This document shows positions 1 to 9,615 of a stretch of 64,000 nt of DNA, piece by piece. Both the position numbers and the translations under genes were made by a program. The notes below the pieces were generated by a model. The model had not been told where the DNA came from, searched no databases, and saw nothing but the letters and a program-made list of their open reading frames with translations. The DNA is taken from the NCBI GenBank assembly GCA_023267855.1, contig JALNLN010000002.1, forward strand, positions 11,094-75,093, written 5' to 3'. How positions within the stretch are numbered: the first letter of the stretch is position 1; the number at the start of each line of letters is the position of its first letter. This DNA is from Candidatus Geocrenenecus dongiae (lineage in GTDB: Archaea > Thermoproteota > Nitrososphaeria_A > Caldarchaeales > Wolframiiraptoraceae).

Positions 1-885
1 TGAAGCTATCAGGTGGTTTCTCGTCACGACTTCTCTATAACCCTCCTTCCCACCTACTTTCGACAATCTCCTAGCACATTCATTACTCCAGTACTTGAAG
101 TCTGGGAGCCAGATATCTATAACATCTATGAGAATCTTCATAGATTCTTCACTCATATACATATTACTATTCCAGAGTATTGGTACATTAACATCTAGAT
201 ACCTCAACGATTCTAAAATTGTATGTAAGTTGGGTGTAGGCTCACCTCCAACAAAATTGATATTTGCCGCGCCATCTATCCTAAGTCTCCTGGCTATGCT
301 AGCAAGTTTTTCTGCATTTACTTCTACTCCTGTATCCTGAGGATATTTTGCTTGTGAGATATCCCAGTTTTGACAGAAGACGCAGTGAAACGTACATGAA
401 GAGAAGAATATTGTTCCAGAGCCTCCCTGTCCATCCAGACCTATTAACGGTGCTTCTTCACCATAGTGGTGGAAGAAACTTGAAACATAGGTTTTCCTAT
501 CTAATCTACATACACCTCTCTGACCTTCAAGCCTATTTACGCCACATCTCCACTCACAGAAATGGCAGCTCCTAATTATTCTATATGCAAGTTCTATCTT
601 TAGATCTAGAAAAGATGGCTTAGTAAACTTCAAGTCTTCTATAGGCTTACATGATTCAAAATATTTCTCGAAAAGTTCTAGAGCATGTTTATGTAGTTCA
701 TCATTAATTCTCCACAATTCTTTTTCATCTTCTTTCTCTAAGTCTACGTCTACTGGGATAGTTTTAAGAATGAGGAATTTTGCAGGTGTTCTATTAAGCA
801 TAACAGACCTGTACCATTTCAATCTCCTCCTAACTTCTTCATCTCTCCAAACTGTTACAGCATCAGGTCTAAAGAGAGCCACCAC
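1..885 (-). CDS. radical SAM enzyme, PflX / AmmeMemoRadiSam-type (3' end runs off the window start)
   Basis: Absent from the ORF track because it has no stop in the window. My minus-strand translation from GTG 885/882 (TTG 888 is also in frame; TAG at 903-901 closes the frame upstream) reads VVALFRPDAVTVWRDEE...GSGTIFFSSCTFHCVFCQNWDIS...NFVGGEPTP... This gives a CxxxCxxC radical-SAM cluster motif and a GGEP motif. The + strand ORFs at 13-575 are its shadows. Confidence 0.8.
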   Translation of the reverse strand, partial: MVALFRPDAVTVWRDEEVRRRLKWYRSVMLNRTPAKFLILKTIPVDVDLEKEDEKELWRINDELHKHALELFEKYFESCKPIEDLKFTKPSFLDLKIELAYRIIRSCHFCEWRCGVNRLEGQRGVCRLDRKTYVSSFFHHYGEEAPLIGLDGQGGSGTIFFSSCTFHCVFCQNWDISQAKYPQDTGVEVNAEKLASIARRLRIDGAANINFVGGEPTPNLHTILESLRYLDVNVPILWNSNMYMSEESMKILIDVIDIWLPDFKYWSNECARRLSKVGGKEGYREVVTRNHLIAS

Positions 886-1022
886 CAACCTCCAGCCCCT
901 CTATATCTGAAAATAATTTAGAAATGTTTAAAGATTCCCATATGACCAGTATTCCCAGCTTCTATGAGAGTAGCTTGTTTTTATCCTGGTTTTAAACTTC
1001 TTAGAAGAGTGGAGGTAGATAT

Positions 1023-1412
1023 ATGGAAAAACATCTCCCAGAAGCATTAAAATATTTTTCAAAATTAACTGATAGAGACCATGCTTTATTCGAGCTTGGG
1101 ATATCTCTAGGAGCAATATTCCACCAACTTGTAGGTATGCCTATACCTCTAGAAAGTTTAGAGAGTTTAGAAGAAGCTTTCTCGAAAGCTTTTTCAAGAC
1201 AGCCTTTCAGAGAGATTGTCGAGATCAAGATTATTAAAGAAAAATTGATAGTGGGTTCTAGCCCTCCTTATGATTATGGAGTGATAACTCCAAGTTCTCT
1301 AGACGTTAGGGTTGTTGTTAAGTATGGTGGTGTTAAAGTTTCAGGTAGGTTAAGATGGGTTGAGGAGCTTGGTTACCCGTTAATGTACGTTGAAGAAGTA
1401 GTTGAAGGTTGA
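1023..1412 (+). CDS. small archaeal protein, possibly MptD-type dihydroneopterin aldolase (COG2098-like)
   Basis: 129-aa ORF divergent from the radical SAM gene. The motif ALFELGISLGAIFHQLVGMPIP resembles my recollection of the archaeal MptD family. This is a recollection-level assignment only. Confidence 0.45.
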   Translation: MEKHLPEALKYFSKLTDRDHALFELGISLGAIFHQLVGMPIPLESLESLEEAFSKAFSRQPFREIVEIKIIKEKLIVGSSPPYDYGVITPSSLDVRVVVKYGGVKVSGRLRWVEELGYPLMYVEEVVEG

Positions 1413-1414
1413 GT

Positions 1415-1945
1415 TCATCTAAATGATGGTAGTCTTACACCTCTCTGACCTTGATACTTCCCCATGTATGGTTTCTCTACAGTTGAAGAAAGCTTCGCAA
1501 AGACTACGTGTAGAAATCTATCTCCACAGTATAGTTTTACTGGAAAATCTCCTCCAACGAGTTCTATTGTAAGTTCTCCTTCAAAGTTTGCATCTATTAT
1601 CGTGGGCGGGATTGTTAAACCTATCCTAGCATAACTACTCCTAAGATTCACGAAGCCCATTAGATCTAGTGGAAGCCTAATGTATTCCAAAGTGTGTAGC
1701 AATACGTGTTCATGAGGCCATATTATGAAACTATCTCCTTCTTCTATCTTATAGTATTCTTCTATGTTTGAAGAATCTCTGGTATCTAACGGCTTATCCA
1801 CCTTCTTCATCCGAGCTATGTATCTCCCAATCCTTAAATCAACTCCATTTTCTCTAACTATAGACTCATCAAATGGGTCTATTACGAGTCTACCACCTTT
1901 TATGTACGCCCATAAATCAAAATCACTTAAGATCATATTATTCAA
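1415..1945 (-). CDS. dcd: dCTP deaminase
   Basis: 176 aa with the typical Dcd N-terminus (MILSDFDLWAYIKGGRLVIDPFDESIVRENGVDLRIG) and family-typical length. Confidence 0.9.
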   Translation of the reverse strand: MNNMILSDFDLWAYIKGGRLVIDPFDESIVRENGVDLRIGRYIARMKKVDKPLDTRDSSNIEEYYKIEEGDSFIIWPHEHVLLHTLEYIRLPLDLMGFVNLRSSYARIGLTIPPTIIDANFEGELTIELVGGDFPVKLYCGDRFLHVVFAKLSSTVEKPYMGKYQGQRGVRLPSFR

Positions 1946-2020
1946 GAATTTTTGTTTAGAATTAAGTTTTAAGATTATCTTCAGATAAATGTTTACATGA
2001 AGCTTAAAAGACTATTCAAG

Positions 2021-2803
2021 TTACACCTCAATAATATCCATGTCTTTAGGTATTATTACCCTACGTATAGGTTCTTTTGAGAAGAGTTCTTCAAGTTCTT
2101 TCTCTCTACTCTCCCAAGCAGGATAAAGATGGGTTACGATTAAAATCTTAGGTTTAGCTTTACGTACTACCCTCAATAAGTCTTTTTCAGAAGAATGTTT
2201 TCCTAGAATCATTTCAGATGGGAAGGAGCATTCATGTATAAGTACATCTACGTCTTCCGCCAGCTTAACAATATTCTCATCGTAAACAGTATCTCCAGAA
2301 TAAGCTATACTGTAACCATCAAACTCGACTCTATAAGCTAAACCATTAAAATGTTCTACAGGCAACGCATATACTTTCAATCTCCTAGAATCGTATGCTA
2401 ATCCACCACCCACCTCATATAGATTAACGTAGACATCATAACGCATCATCTGAGAAAGATAACTATAAACACCTCTATCTGAAACCATGTTCTCTAGAAA
2501 ATCTCTTAAACCTACTGGTCCTATCAATTCTAGTTGTGGCGGGCTGGGGTTTGCACCACCAACCTCATTAAATAACCTAATCTTCAATAGTGCCGGAAGA
2601 TCTAATACATGATCTAGATGGAAATGTGTTATAAGCAGTACACCTATAGTATTTGGATCTATCTTCAATTTCCTCAATTTCTCTATAGTTCCAGGCCCGA
2701 CATCCATTAACACTCTGAGATCATCGTTTTCTAAGAGAATTGAAGAAGAAAACCTAGAGCTAGTTGGGATAATGGAACCGGATCCGAGTATTATTATCTT
2801 CAA
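2021..2803 (-). CDS. metallo-beta-lactamase fold hydrolase (RNase Z/BN-like)
   Basis: HFHLDH (HxHxDH) zinc motif after an N-terminal MKIIILGSGS strand, 260 aa. It lies 6 nt downstream of the crenactin-operon ORF on the same strand. Confidence 0.8.
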   Translation of the reverse strand: MKIIILGSGSIIPTSSRFSSSILLENDDLRVLMDVGPGTIEKLRKLKIDPNTIGVLLITHFHLDHVLDLPALLKIRLFNEVGGANPSPPQLELIGPVGLRDFLENMVSDRGVYSYLSQMMRYDVYVNLYEVGGGLAYDSRRLKVYALPVEHFNGLAYRVEFDGYSIAYSGDTVYDENIVKLAEDVDVLIHECSFPSEMILGKHSSEKDLLRVVRKAKPKILIVTHLYPAWESREKELEELFSKEPIRRVIIPKDMDIIEV

Positions 2804-2809
2804 TTTTCT

Positions 2810-3499
2810 CTACTCTCTCTTTGATAGTATTTCAACCCATGGATTATCTAAGAGGAATGATGGTAGCTTTTGTGGAGCATTTGTAGAAGTACTTGGTTTA
2901 ACGTATTGCTCTCTAGCAATTTCTACATTTTCTCTCTTCACGTATTCTAATACTTCTTCTAGTTTAGAAATTCTAGTTATGAGGCTTCTGTGTTCTTGTT
3001 CAATTCTATCTAGCCTAGCTTCAAACTCTTCCAGTATCTTCATCACTTTTGATATCTCTGAACGTAGATATATTAGCTCATTAATTTGCATTGGGTTGAG
3101 TACTTTAATTTCTTCTGTATTGTTGTTCTTTATTTTTTTCTCGTTGAATCTTGGTGGGACTATTTCTTCAGCTCCCATAGTGTCGTATATCACTAGACCT
3201 ATTCCATGTTTTGCTAAAACGTTTTCATCGATCATTCTAACGAATTTTCTGGGTACTGCGAGAACCACGCCATCAAACTTCTCAACTAGTTTCATCAGTT
3301 CTATTAACGCATCTTGTATGCGTGCTTTAGAGGTGCATGAATCTTCACTGAGTATGTTTAGTATCAGTTCCCTTCTACCGTCTGAGAGTATTATCTGTTT
3401 ATCTACGCTTACAGAATTCTCAGTACTGTGGACTTCATAGAACCCTTCATCTAGATATATTGCGGAGACTATTTCTCTTAGGCTTGGTTTCCTAGGCAT
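2810..3499 (-). CDS. hypothetical coiled-coil protein, downstream partner of crenactin (arcadin-2 position)
   Basis: 229 aa, start overlapping the crenactin stop by 8 nt (3492-3499). It has an N-terminal globular part, a heptad-like stretch (LRSEISKVMKILEEFEARLDRIEQEHRSLITRISKLEEVLEYVKRE) and a conserved-looking C-terminal peptide (LPSFLLDNPWVEILSKRE). Confidence 0.6.
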   Translation of the reverse strand: MPRKPSLREIVSAIYLDEGFYEVHSTENSVSVDKQIILSDGRRELILNILSEDSCTSKARIQDALIELMKLVEKFDGVVLAVPRKFVRMIDENVLAKHGIGLVIYDTMGAEEIVPPRFNEKKIKNNNTEEIKVLNPMQINELIYLRSEISKVMKILEEFEARLDRIEQEHRSLITRISKLEEVLEYVKRENVEIAREQYVKPSTSTNAPQKLPSFLLDNPWVEILSKRE

Positions 3500-4763
3500 A
3501 GTTTACCCACCCCTCCATCTTCTCCCATCTCCACTTAAAGTCGTATGGTACAGCATATCCATAGACGATGCATCCTCTCCAGACTGAGTAGGTGGGGTCT
3601 CTAGTAACAGTAACCTTAACATTCTCCACACCTTTCTCTTTCATCATCAATTCTAGTTTACGGTCAGAAGTTACAGCTATACCTTCCAGAGTTGGTGAAG
3701 TTCTCCAATTAAAGTTTCCACCGGAGAGTATTATTTTAGAGTATAGGTGGGGTTGAAGTTCTACAGAACACTTTTCTACAGACTCTATTATCGATTCTGC
3801 TAAATCCGTCATACCGTAGAAATATGTATCACCAATCTTTACATCGCTAGGTCTCGGCATCCCCCTCTTAAAATAACTATTAAAGATCTCGTGATTTGGG
3901 TTGAATACGTATTCTCCTATGAGGAACCTAGTCCAGCTTTGTTCACCTAGATCAATCTTTATCCTGGTTCCAGGAATCTTAACCTCAACTCTAACTTTAT
4001 CGATATTCTTTTTAGCGTACTCTATAGCTTCATCTAATTTTCTAGGTAGGAGACCTATCTGTTCTTTAACTTTTCTAACTAATCCTTCTTCTTTGGCTAG
4101 ATCTCCGTATCCACAGTCTTTCAATATTTCTGCTGTTAAGATGTTTGCTGAACTTCCACCTCTATTAAGTGCTATGACAGCATTTCTTATCGGGTACATA
4201 GAGATTGGGCAGACTTGGGTATTTCCATGTCCACTTTCAACAACAACACACGTAGGAGTTTTATGAGCGATGGCTACAGCCAGAGGTTGAGGAATAATAG
4301 TTGCAGCTCTAACAAGCATTCTCTCTATATTAAGTTCTCCGAAAATTTTGAATAATTCTTCATACATGTATCTAGGAGCTATAACAGCTAAGCTTGCAAC
4401 AACATAGAATCCCTTGAATTCTTCATCGCTTGGTGCGAAGCTTTCTAAAGCATACTTAGTTAGTTCTCTTATTATAAGCCAAGCTTTCCTATCATTCTTC
4501 TCTATGATACCATTCCTCATCGGGTATATCAATCTCTCAGCTAGGTCTTCTCTTGCTTCTAAGTAGAGTGGTAAATCCTTACCTACAACTATCTCTCTAC
4601 CTACACCCATGATCTTCGCCATAAGAGAATTGCCATCAATCAAGTAGCCTCTATTCTCTACTACTTCAGGTACCTCTCCTATCGATATCGGACCATACTT
4701 GAAATCACTTGTCCCATAATCTATGCCGAAGACATTCATCTTCTTGTATTCTTCACTCAACAT
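3492..4763 (-). CDS. cren-1: crenactin (archaeal actin homologue)
   Basis: 423 aa with actin-fold nucleotide motifs GIDYGTSDFKYGP, VVVESGHGNTQV and ILSGGNF. Long stretches match my recollection of Pyrobaculum crenactin: IIPQPLAVAIA, ALNRGGSSANILTAEILKD.GY, WTRFLIGEYVFNPNHE, YSVWRGCIVYGYA. Confidence 0.85.
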   Translation of the reverse strand: MLSEEYKKMNVFGIDYGTSDFKYGPISIGEVPEVVENRGYLIDGNSLMAKIMGVGREIVVGKDLPLYLEAREDLAERLIYPMRNGIIEKNDRKAWLIIRELTKYALESFAPSDEEFKGFYVVASLAVIAPRYMYEELFKIFGELNIERMLVRAATIIPQPLAVAIAHKTPTCVVVESGHGNTQVCPISMYPIRNAVIALNRGGSSANILTAEILKDCGYGDLAKEEGLVRKVKEQIGLLPRKLDEAIEYAKKNIDKVRVEVKIPGTRIKIDLGEQSWTRFLIGEYVFNPNHEIFNSYFKRGMPRPSDVKIGDTYFYGMTDLAESIIESVEKCSVELQPHLYSKIILSGGNFNWRTSPTLEGIAVTSDRKLELMMKEKGVENVKVTVTRDPTYSVWRGCIVYGYAVPYDFKWRWEKMEGWVNYA

Positions 4764-5250
4764 CTATCACCTCTTTGATTATCTCTGAATGGAGTTTTGA
4801 TGCTGATTTGACTCTATCTCTAGATAGACGATAAGAAATGTTGAGCAAGTTTACATTAGTTTTTTTCTCTATCAATACCTCTAGTCCATGTATCTTCTTC
4901 CTAACTTTCTCCATATCCGTAACCGAGAATTTCTCTGAAATCTTCTCAGCAAATGATCCACGTAAATGATAGTAAACATCCACATACCAGCAACATCTAA
5001 ACAATGCTTCAACCAATTCTCTAAAGATCTTTAATATTTTATCCATTCTACCCATATCTAACGTAAGTATGATTTCTTTTCTATCATTACTCTCTGCGAA
5101 ACACTTTACCTCTACGTCATCTTTCCTCGAATACATTCCCTCCGTAATCCAACCACACTCATTCAAGGTAGAAGCTATCTTCCTCCAGCCACCTTCTTCT
5201 CCATAGAATCTACATACTAAGGTTAAGCTACAGCTTCTTACATTACTCAA
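4753..5250 (-). CDS. hypothetical protein, upstream partner of crenactin (arcadin-1 position)
   Basis: 165-aa ORF with a TTG start at 5250 (next in-frame ATG is at residue 39). Its stop overlaps the crenactin start by 11 nt. I recognise no family. Confidence 0.5.
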   Translation of the reverse strand: MSNVRSCSLTLVCRFYGEEGGWRKIASTLNECGWITEGMYSRKDDVEVKCFAESNDRKEIILTLDMGRMDKILKIFRELVEALFRCCWYVDVYYHLRGSFAEKISEKFSVTDMEKVRKKIHGLEVLIEKKTNVNLLNISYRLSRDRVKSASKLHSEIIKEVIDVE

Positions 5251-5359
5251 CCCAATCCAATTGTTAGCATACCTTAACTACAATATATTTATTTGAGAGT
5301 TATCCGAAAATGGAAAAAATTAATTATCATGAAAGACTAGGATTCAGGGTGTTCTATCT

Positions 5360-5716
5360 ATGAAGATATGGAGGAGAAATTCTTGGGTGAGGATAAAAGA
5401 AAATGTTTCTGCATCTCCACTTAGCTTTGGAGATGAGTGTTTAATGATGCTGTTTAAGATAGAAGCCGGGGGAAAAGTTGAAGTACATCAACATCCACAA
5501 GCACAGTATGGTGTAGTAATTAAAGGGAGAGGAGTCTTCATAGTAGGAGGGAGATATATAGAAATATCAGAAGGAGATTCGTATTACATTCCACCTGGAG
5601 AGGAACATGGGTTCTCTGCCCTAGAAGACACTCAAGTTATAGATATATTCATACCCCCTAGAGAAGATTATATGAAGTATGTTAGGAGGGCTGATGAAGA
5701 CTTTTCTAGAAAGTAG
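5360..5716 (+). CDS. cupin domain protein
   Basis: 118 aa with cupin motifs G.KVEVHQHPQAQYGVVIKG and YYIPPGEEHGF. Confidence 0.75.
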   Translation: MKIWRRNSWVRIKENVSASPLSFGDECLMMLFKIEAGGKVEVHQHPQAQYGVVIKGRGVFIVGGRYIEISEGDSYYIPPGEEHGFSALEDTQVIDIFIPPREDYMKYVRRADEDFSRK

Positions 5717-5761
5717 CGTTAAATAGCTGGGAGCAGAAGACTAGACAAGGAGAAAGAGAGG

Positions 5762-7951
5762 ATGCCTCGGGTAAAGAAGATCTCAGAAGTACTCGACATA
5801 CTTCGACAGAAAGATCAGATAAGAAACATAGGTATAATCGCCCACGTAGATCATGGGAAGACAACTACTACGGATAGCCTACTAGCTGCAGCTGGTCTAC
5901 TCTCACCAACACTTGCTGGAAAAGCTTTAGCACTAGACTACCTAGAAGAAGAACAGCAGAGACAGATGACGATTAAAGCAGCTAACATATCACTCTACTA
6001 TGAGATGGATGGAAAGCCATACATAATTAACTTGATAGATACGCCAGGTCACGTAGATTTTAGTGGTAGAGTTACGAGAGCCCTGAGAGCTATAGATGGA
6101 GCTGTTGTTGTCGTAGATGCTGTAGAAGGTGTTATGACTCAGACAGAGACTGTGATTAGACAAGCAGTACAGGAAAGAGTCAAGCCAGTACTATACATAA
6201 ATAAGATAGATAGATTAATCAAAGAACTTAGACTCACACCTGAAAAAATTCAGGAGACACTCGCTAGGATAGTTTTAGATGTTAATAGATTGATAGAGAT
6301 GTATGCTGAACCAGAGTATAGAGAACAGTGGAAAGTGAGCTTTCAGGCTGGTAGCGTTGCGATAGGTAGTGCGAAAGATAGATGGGGTTTCACTTTACAA
6401 CAAGCTCAGAAGAAGGGGATAAAATTCTCAGATGTATTAAAAGCATTTGCAAATAATGATATAGATTGGCTTAGAGAAAACACCCCGCTCCATGAAGCTA
6501 TTCTAGAAATGGTTATAACACATCACCCACCTCCTCACATAGCTCAAAGATACAGAATACCGAAGATATGGAAAGGAGATATAGATAGTGATGTAGCTAA
6601 AGCCATGATAAATTGTGATGAGAACGGTCCAATAGTTATGGCTGTAACAGATGTTAAAGTAGATCCACAAGCAGGTATAGTAGCTACAGGTAGACTATTT
6701 AGTGGAACAGTCAATGAGGGAGATTACGTACTGTTGGTTGGGAGAAATATACGGAAGAGAATACAGCAGGTTACTGTCTACATGGGGCCGAATAGAGAGA
6801 TAGTTGGATCGCTTCCAGCAGGAAATATACCCGCTCTACTAGGAATAGATGAAGCAAGAGCTGGAGATACAATTGCATCCGTCGAGACATATCCATTTGA
6901 ATCCCTCAAATACGTATCAGAACCTGTTGTAACAATTTCCATAGAACCAAAACATAGTAAGGATCTACCGAAACTCGTAGACTTCTTAAATAAACTAAGT
7001 ATCGAAGACCCAACACTAGTGACGACTGTTAGACCTGAGACAGGAGAATACTTGATAAGCGGTATGGGCACGCTCCACTTAGAGATAGCTTTAACATGGA
7101 TAGCTAAAGCAGGTCTAGAAGTAGTTGCAAGTAAACCTATCATACTTTATAGGGAAACCATATTAGAGAAAGGGAAAGTATTTGAAGGAAAATCTCCGAA
7201 CAGGCATAATAAGATCTACATGCAAGTAGAACCTCTAGAAGAAGAGATAATTGAATTGATTAGGAGAGGTGAGCTATTCGATGAAATGGATAGAAAACAA
7301 GTTGCGAAGATACTGAGAGAACATGGATGGGATTCAGATATGGCTAGAGGTGTATGGACAATAGATCCGAGAGGCAACATACTGGTAGATATGACGAAAG
7401 GTGCACAATACCTACAGGAAAGTAAGATGATGATTATAGGCGGTTTCCAGAGAGTTGTTCAAGAAGGTCCGCTTGCAGGAGAAGCTATGAGAGGAATTAA
7501 AGCAATATTAGTAAACGTTGAGCTCCATGAAGATCCAGCACATAGAGGGTTTGCACAGATAGCTCCAGCTACGTGGAGAAGTCTCTATGCAAGTATCTTA
7601 AGTGCCAACCCAATACTCTTAGAACCTGTGTTAAAGATTGAAGCAAAAATTCCACCAGATCTCATGGGAGCGGTAACAAGCGTAATCACATCTAAGAGAG
7701 GTAGGATACTACAAGTAGCACAGCAAGAATACATAACTGTTGTAACTGGAGAAATACCTGCAGCTGAAACATTTGATCTGAGCGAGGTTATGAGGAGTGC
7801 AACGATGGGTAAAGCTTTCTGGGCAACAGAATTCTATGCTTGGAAACCTGTACCAGCATCCATAAGAGATAAGGTTATAGAAGAAATTAGGAAGAGGAAA
7901 GGATTACCACCAACGATACCGAAGATATCGGATTTCGTAGAAGAATCATAA
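5762..7951 (+). CDS. fusA: translation elongation factor 2 (aEF-2)
   Basis: 729 aa with GTPase motifs AHVDHGKTT, DTPGH and NKID, plus the diphthamide-region HEDPAHRG. Confidence 0.97.
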   Translation: MPRVKKISEVLDILRQKDQIRNIGIIAHVDHGKTTTTDSLLAAAGLLSPTLAGKALALDYLEEEQQRQMTIKAANISLYYEMDGKPYIINLIDTPGHVDFSGRVTRALRAIDGAVVVVDAVEGVMTQTETVIRQAVQERVKPVLYINKIDRLIKELRLTPEKIQETLARIVLDVNRLIEMYAEPEYREQWKVSFQAGSVAIGSAKDRWGFTLQQAQKKGIKFSDVLKAFANNDIDWLRENTPLHEAILEMVITHHPPPHIAQRYRIPKIWKGDIDSDVAKAMINCDENGPIVMAVTDVKVDPQAGIVATGRLFSGTVNEGDYVLLVGRNIRKRIQQVTVYMGPNREIVGSLPAGNIPALLGIDEARAGDTIASVETYPFESLKYVSEPVVTISIEPKHSKDLPKLVDFLNKLSIEDPTLVTTVRPETGEYLISGMGTLHLEIALTWIAKAGLEVVASKPIILYRETILEKGKVFEGKSPNRHNKIYMQVEPLEEEIIELIRRGELFDEMDRKQVAKILREHGWDSDMARGVWTIDPRGNILVDMTKGAQYLQESKMMIIGGFQRVVQEGPLAGEAMRGIKAILVNVELHEDPAHRGFAQIAPATWRSLYASILSANPILLEPVLKIEAKIPPDLMGAVTSVITSKRGRILQVAQQEYITVVTGEIPAAETFDLSEVMRSATMGKAFWATEFYAWKPVPASIRDKVIEEIRKRKGLPPTIPKISDFVEES

Positions 7952-8004
7952 AAACTCAAAATATTACAGAAACCTTTTTATAAGCTCCGCTCAAAGTATA
8001 ATAT

Positions 8005-8961
8005 ATGATTAGTAGGAATAATACGAGGAGTAGAGCTATATCTAGGATCGTAGCTATTCTAGTAGTAGTAATAGTAGTACTTGCTATAATAGTTGCTATA
8101 GAACCTTTCCTACTGCCAACTCAAACTGTAACAGTTAAAGAAACTGTTGCTGCAGGAGAAGTTACAGTAACTGTTTCGAAAACAGTTTTCTCGACTGTGG
8201 TCGCACCCGTCAAAGATGTCGTATGGGAGGAAGTACAGAAGAGAGGGAAAATAATTGTCGGTACTTCACCTGACTGGCCACCGTTTGAGTTTCTAGATCC
8301 TAAGACTGGAAAAGTAATAGGATTCGAAGTTGAGTTAATGGAAATCGTAGCTGAGAGACTTGGATTGAAAGTTGAGTGGAAGACTATGGATTTCGCTACA
8401 ATAATAGTAGCGGTAAAAAATAGAGACATAGATTTAGGTGTAAGTGGTTTCTCGATTACACCTGATAGACTTGAAGAAGTTCAGTTTACAATCTACCACA
8501 CAATAACAGAATCCCAGTTAATCATGTTAAAAGAAAGAGCTAAAACTTTAGGAATAGATCAACTTAAAAGTCTAGAGGAGATAGCTAAGTATAAACTTGT
8601 TGTTGGAACAGGCTCTGGAACAACTCAAGAAGCAGAGTTAATGGACCTCGTAAAGAAAGGTGTGATATCTATGGATCATGTTAGATCTTACGATGACTTT
8701 GGCATAGCCTTAGAAGACCTGAAACTTGGTAGGATAGATGCTGTCTATGCTGAGACACCTATAACAACTTGGTGGACTATGACTGAAGAGAAACCGCTAG
8801 TAATAGTCTTTGGTAAACCTTACTGGCCTGTTGCTTTCGTAGCTCACAAGGATGCTACCGTACTGGTATCGAAGATAAACGGTGTCTTAGCAGAATTGAT
8901 AATGGAAGGTAAAGTTGCAGAACTGTATCGTAAGTGGACTTCTCCAGAAGTGCTAGGTTAG
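8005..8961 (+). CDS. polar amino-acid ABC transporter substrate-binding protein (family 3), membrane anchored
   Basis: N-terminal TM helix (IVAILVVVIVVLAIIVAI) and a T/V-rich linker, followed by an SBP_bac_3-like core (GTSPDWPPFEF...DLGVSGFSITPDR). It is the first gene of a four-gene transporter operon. Confidence 0.85.
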   Translation: MISRNNTRSRAISRIVAILVVVIVVLAIIVAIEPFLLPTQTVTVKETVAAGEVTVTVSKTVFSTVVAPVKDVVWEEVQKRGKIIVGTSPDWPPFEFLDPKTGKVIGFEVELMEIVAERLGLKVEWKTMDFATIIVAVKNRDIDLGVSGFSITPDRLEEVQFTIYHTITESQLIMLKERAKTLGIDQLKSLEEIAKYKLVVGTGSGTTQEAELMDLVKKGVISMDHVRSYDDFGIALEDLKLGRIDAVYAETPITTWWTMTEEKPLVIVFGKPYWPVAFVAHKDATVLVSKINGVLAELIMEGKVAELYRKWTSPEVLG

Positions 8962-8964
8962 AGT

Positions 8965-9615
8965 ATGACACCGATAGAGCAGCTAATCTTCTTGCTGAAA
9001 GCAGTACCAGTAACATTATCCATCTCTCTTTTATCTTTTCTACTCGGTTTAGGTTTAGGTATAATCTTCTCCTTCATTAGAATTTATGGAACAGTTTTTC
9101 TAAAGTATATTGCAGACGGATACGAGAAAGTCTTTAGATCCGTGCCAGTACTAGCCGTTATGTTCCTCCTCTACTTTGGTCTAGGTGGATACCTTCCAAT
9201 ATTCAAAGATCCTTATTTTACATCTGTAATATCTCTCGGACTTGTTAGTGGTGCGAATCAATCACAGATATTTAGAAGTGCAATTGGGAGTGTTGGTAGG
9301 AGCCAAATGCTGGCAGCTACATCCCTAGGATTAACACAATTCAAATCTCTAAGATACGTCATCCTACCTCAAGCATTAATATTAGCTGTTCCAGGTCTTG
9401 GAAGCGAAATAGCATTGCTTATAAAAGATTCATCATACTCTTTCATAATAGGTGTAATAGAATTGATGAAACATACAGATATCCTGAGGGCGGCCACACG
9501 TTCCCTAGTCTTCCCCTACATAGCTTCAGCATTAATCTACGTTGCTCTAACGTTTCCTCTAGCTACTTATCTAGATAAGTGGGGGAGTATGAAGAAGAGG
9601 GAGCTAGGATTATGA
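8965..9615 (+). CDS. amino-acid ABC transporter permease (HisM/GlnP type)
   Basis: 216-aa multi-TM protein following the binding protein by 3 nt. Confidence 0.85.
   Translation: MTPIEQLIFLLKAVPVTLSISLLSFLLGLGLGIIFSFIRIYGTVFLKYIADGYEKVFRSVPVLAVMFLLYFGLGGYLPIFKDPYFTSVISLGLVSGANQSQIFRSAIGSVGRSQMLAATSLGLTQFKSLRYVILPQALILAVPGLGSEIALLIKDSSYSFIIGVIELMKHTDILRAATRSLVFPYIASALIYVALTFPLATYLDKWGSMKKRELGL

Noticed and set aside
13-575. Three tracked + strand ORFs (13-198, 95-340, 348-575) at the window start
   Set aside because: They lie antisense to a much better minus-strand radical SAM frame that is open across 1-885. Their translations are low-complexity and carry no motifs.
2772-3440. Long antisense ORFs opposite real genes. 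Examples are 2772-3440, 3901-4266, 6778-7143, 13488-13922, 20236-20745, 32431-33060, 43533-43937, 60264-60734 and 60891-61364.
   Set aside because: Their Ser/Leu/Ile/Phe-rich translations are typical of the reverse complement of Glu/Lys/Arg-rich thermophile genes. Each is fully contained in a strongly supported gene on the other strand.
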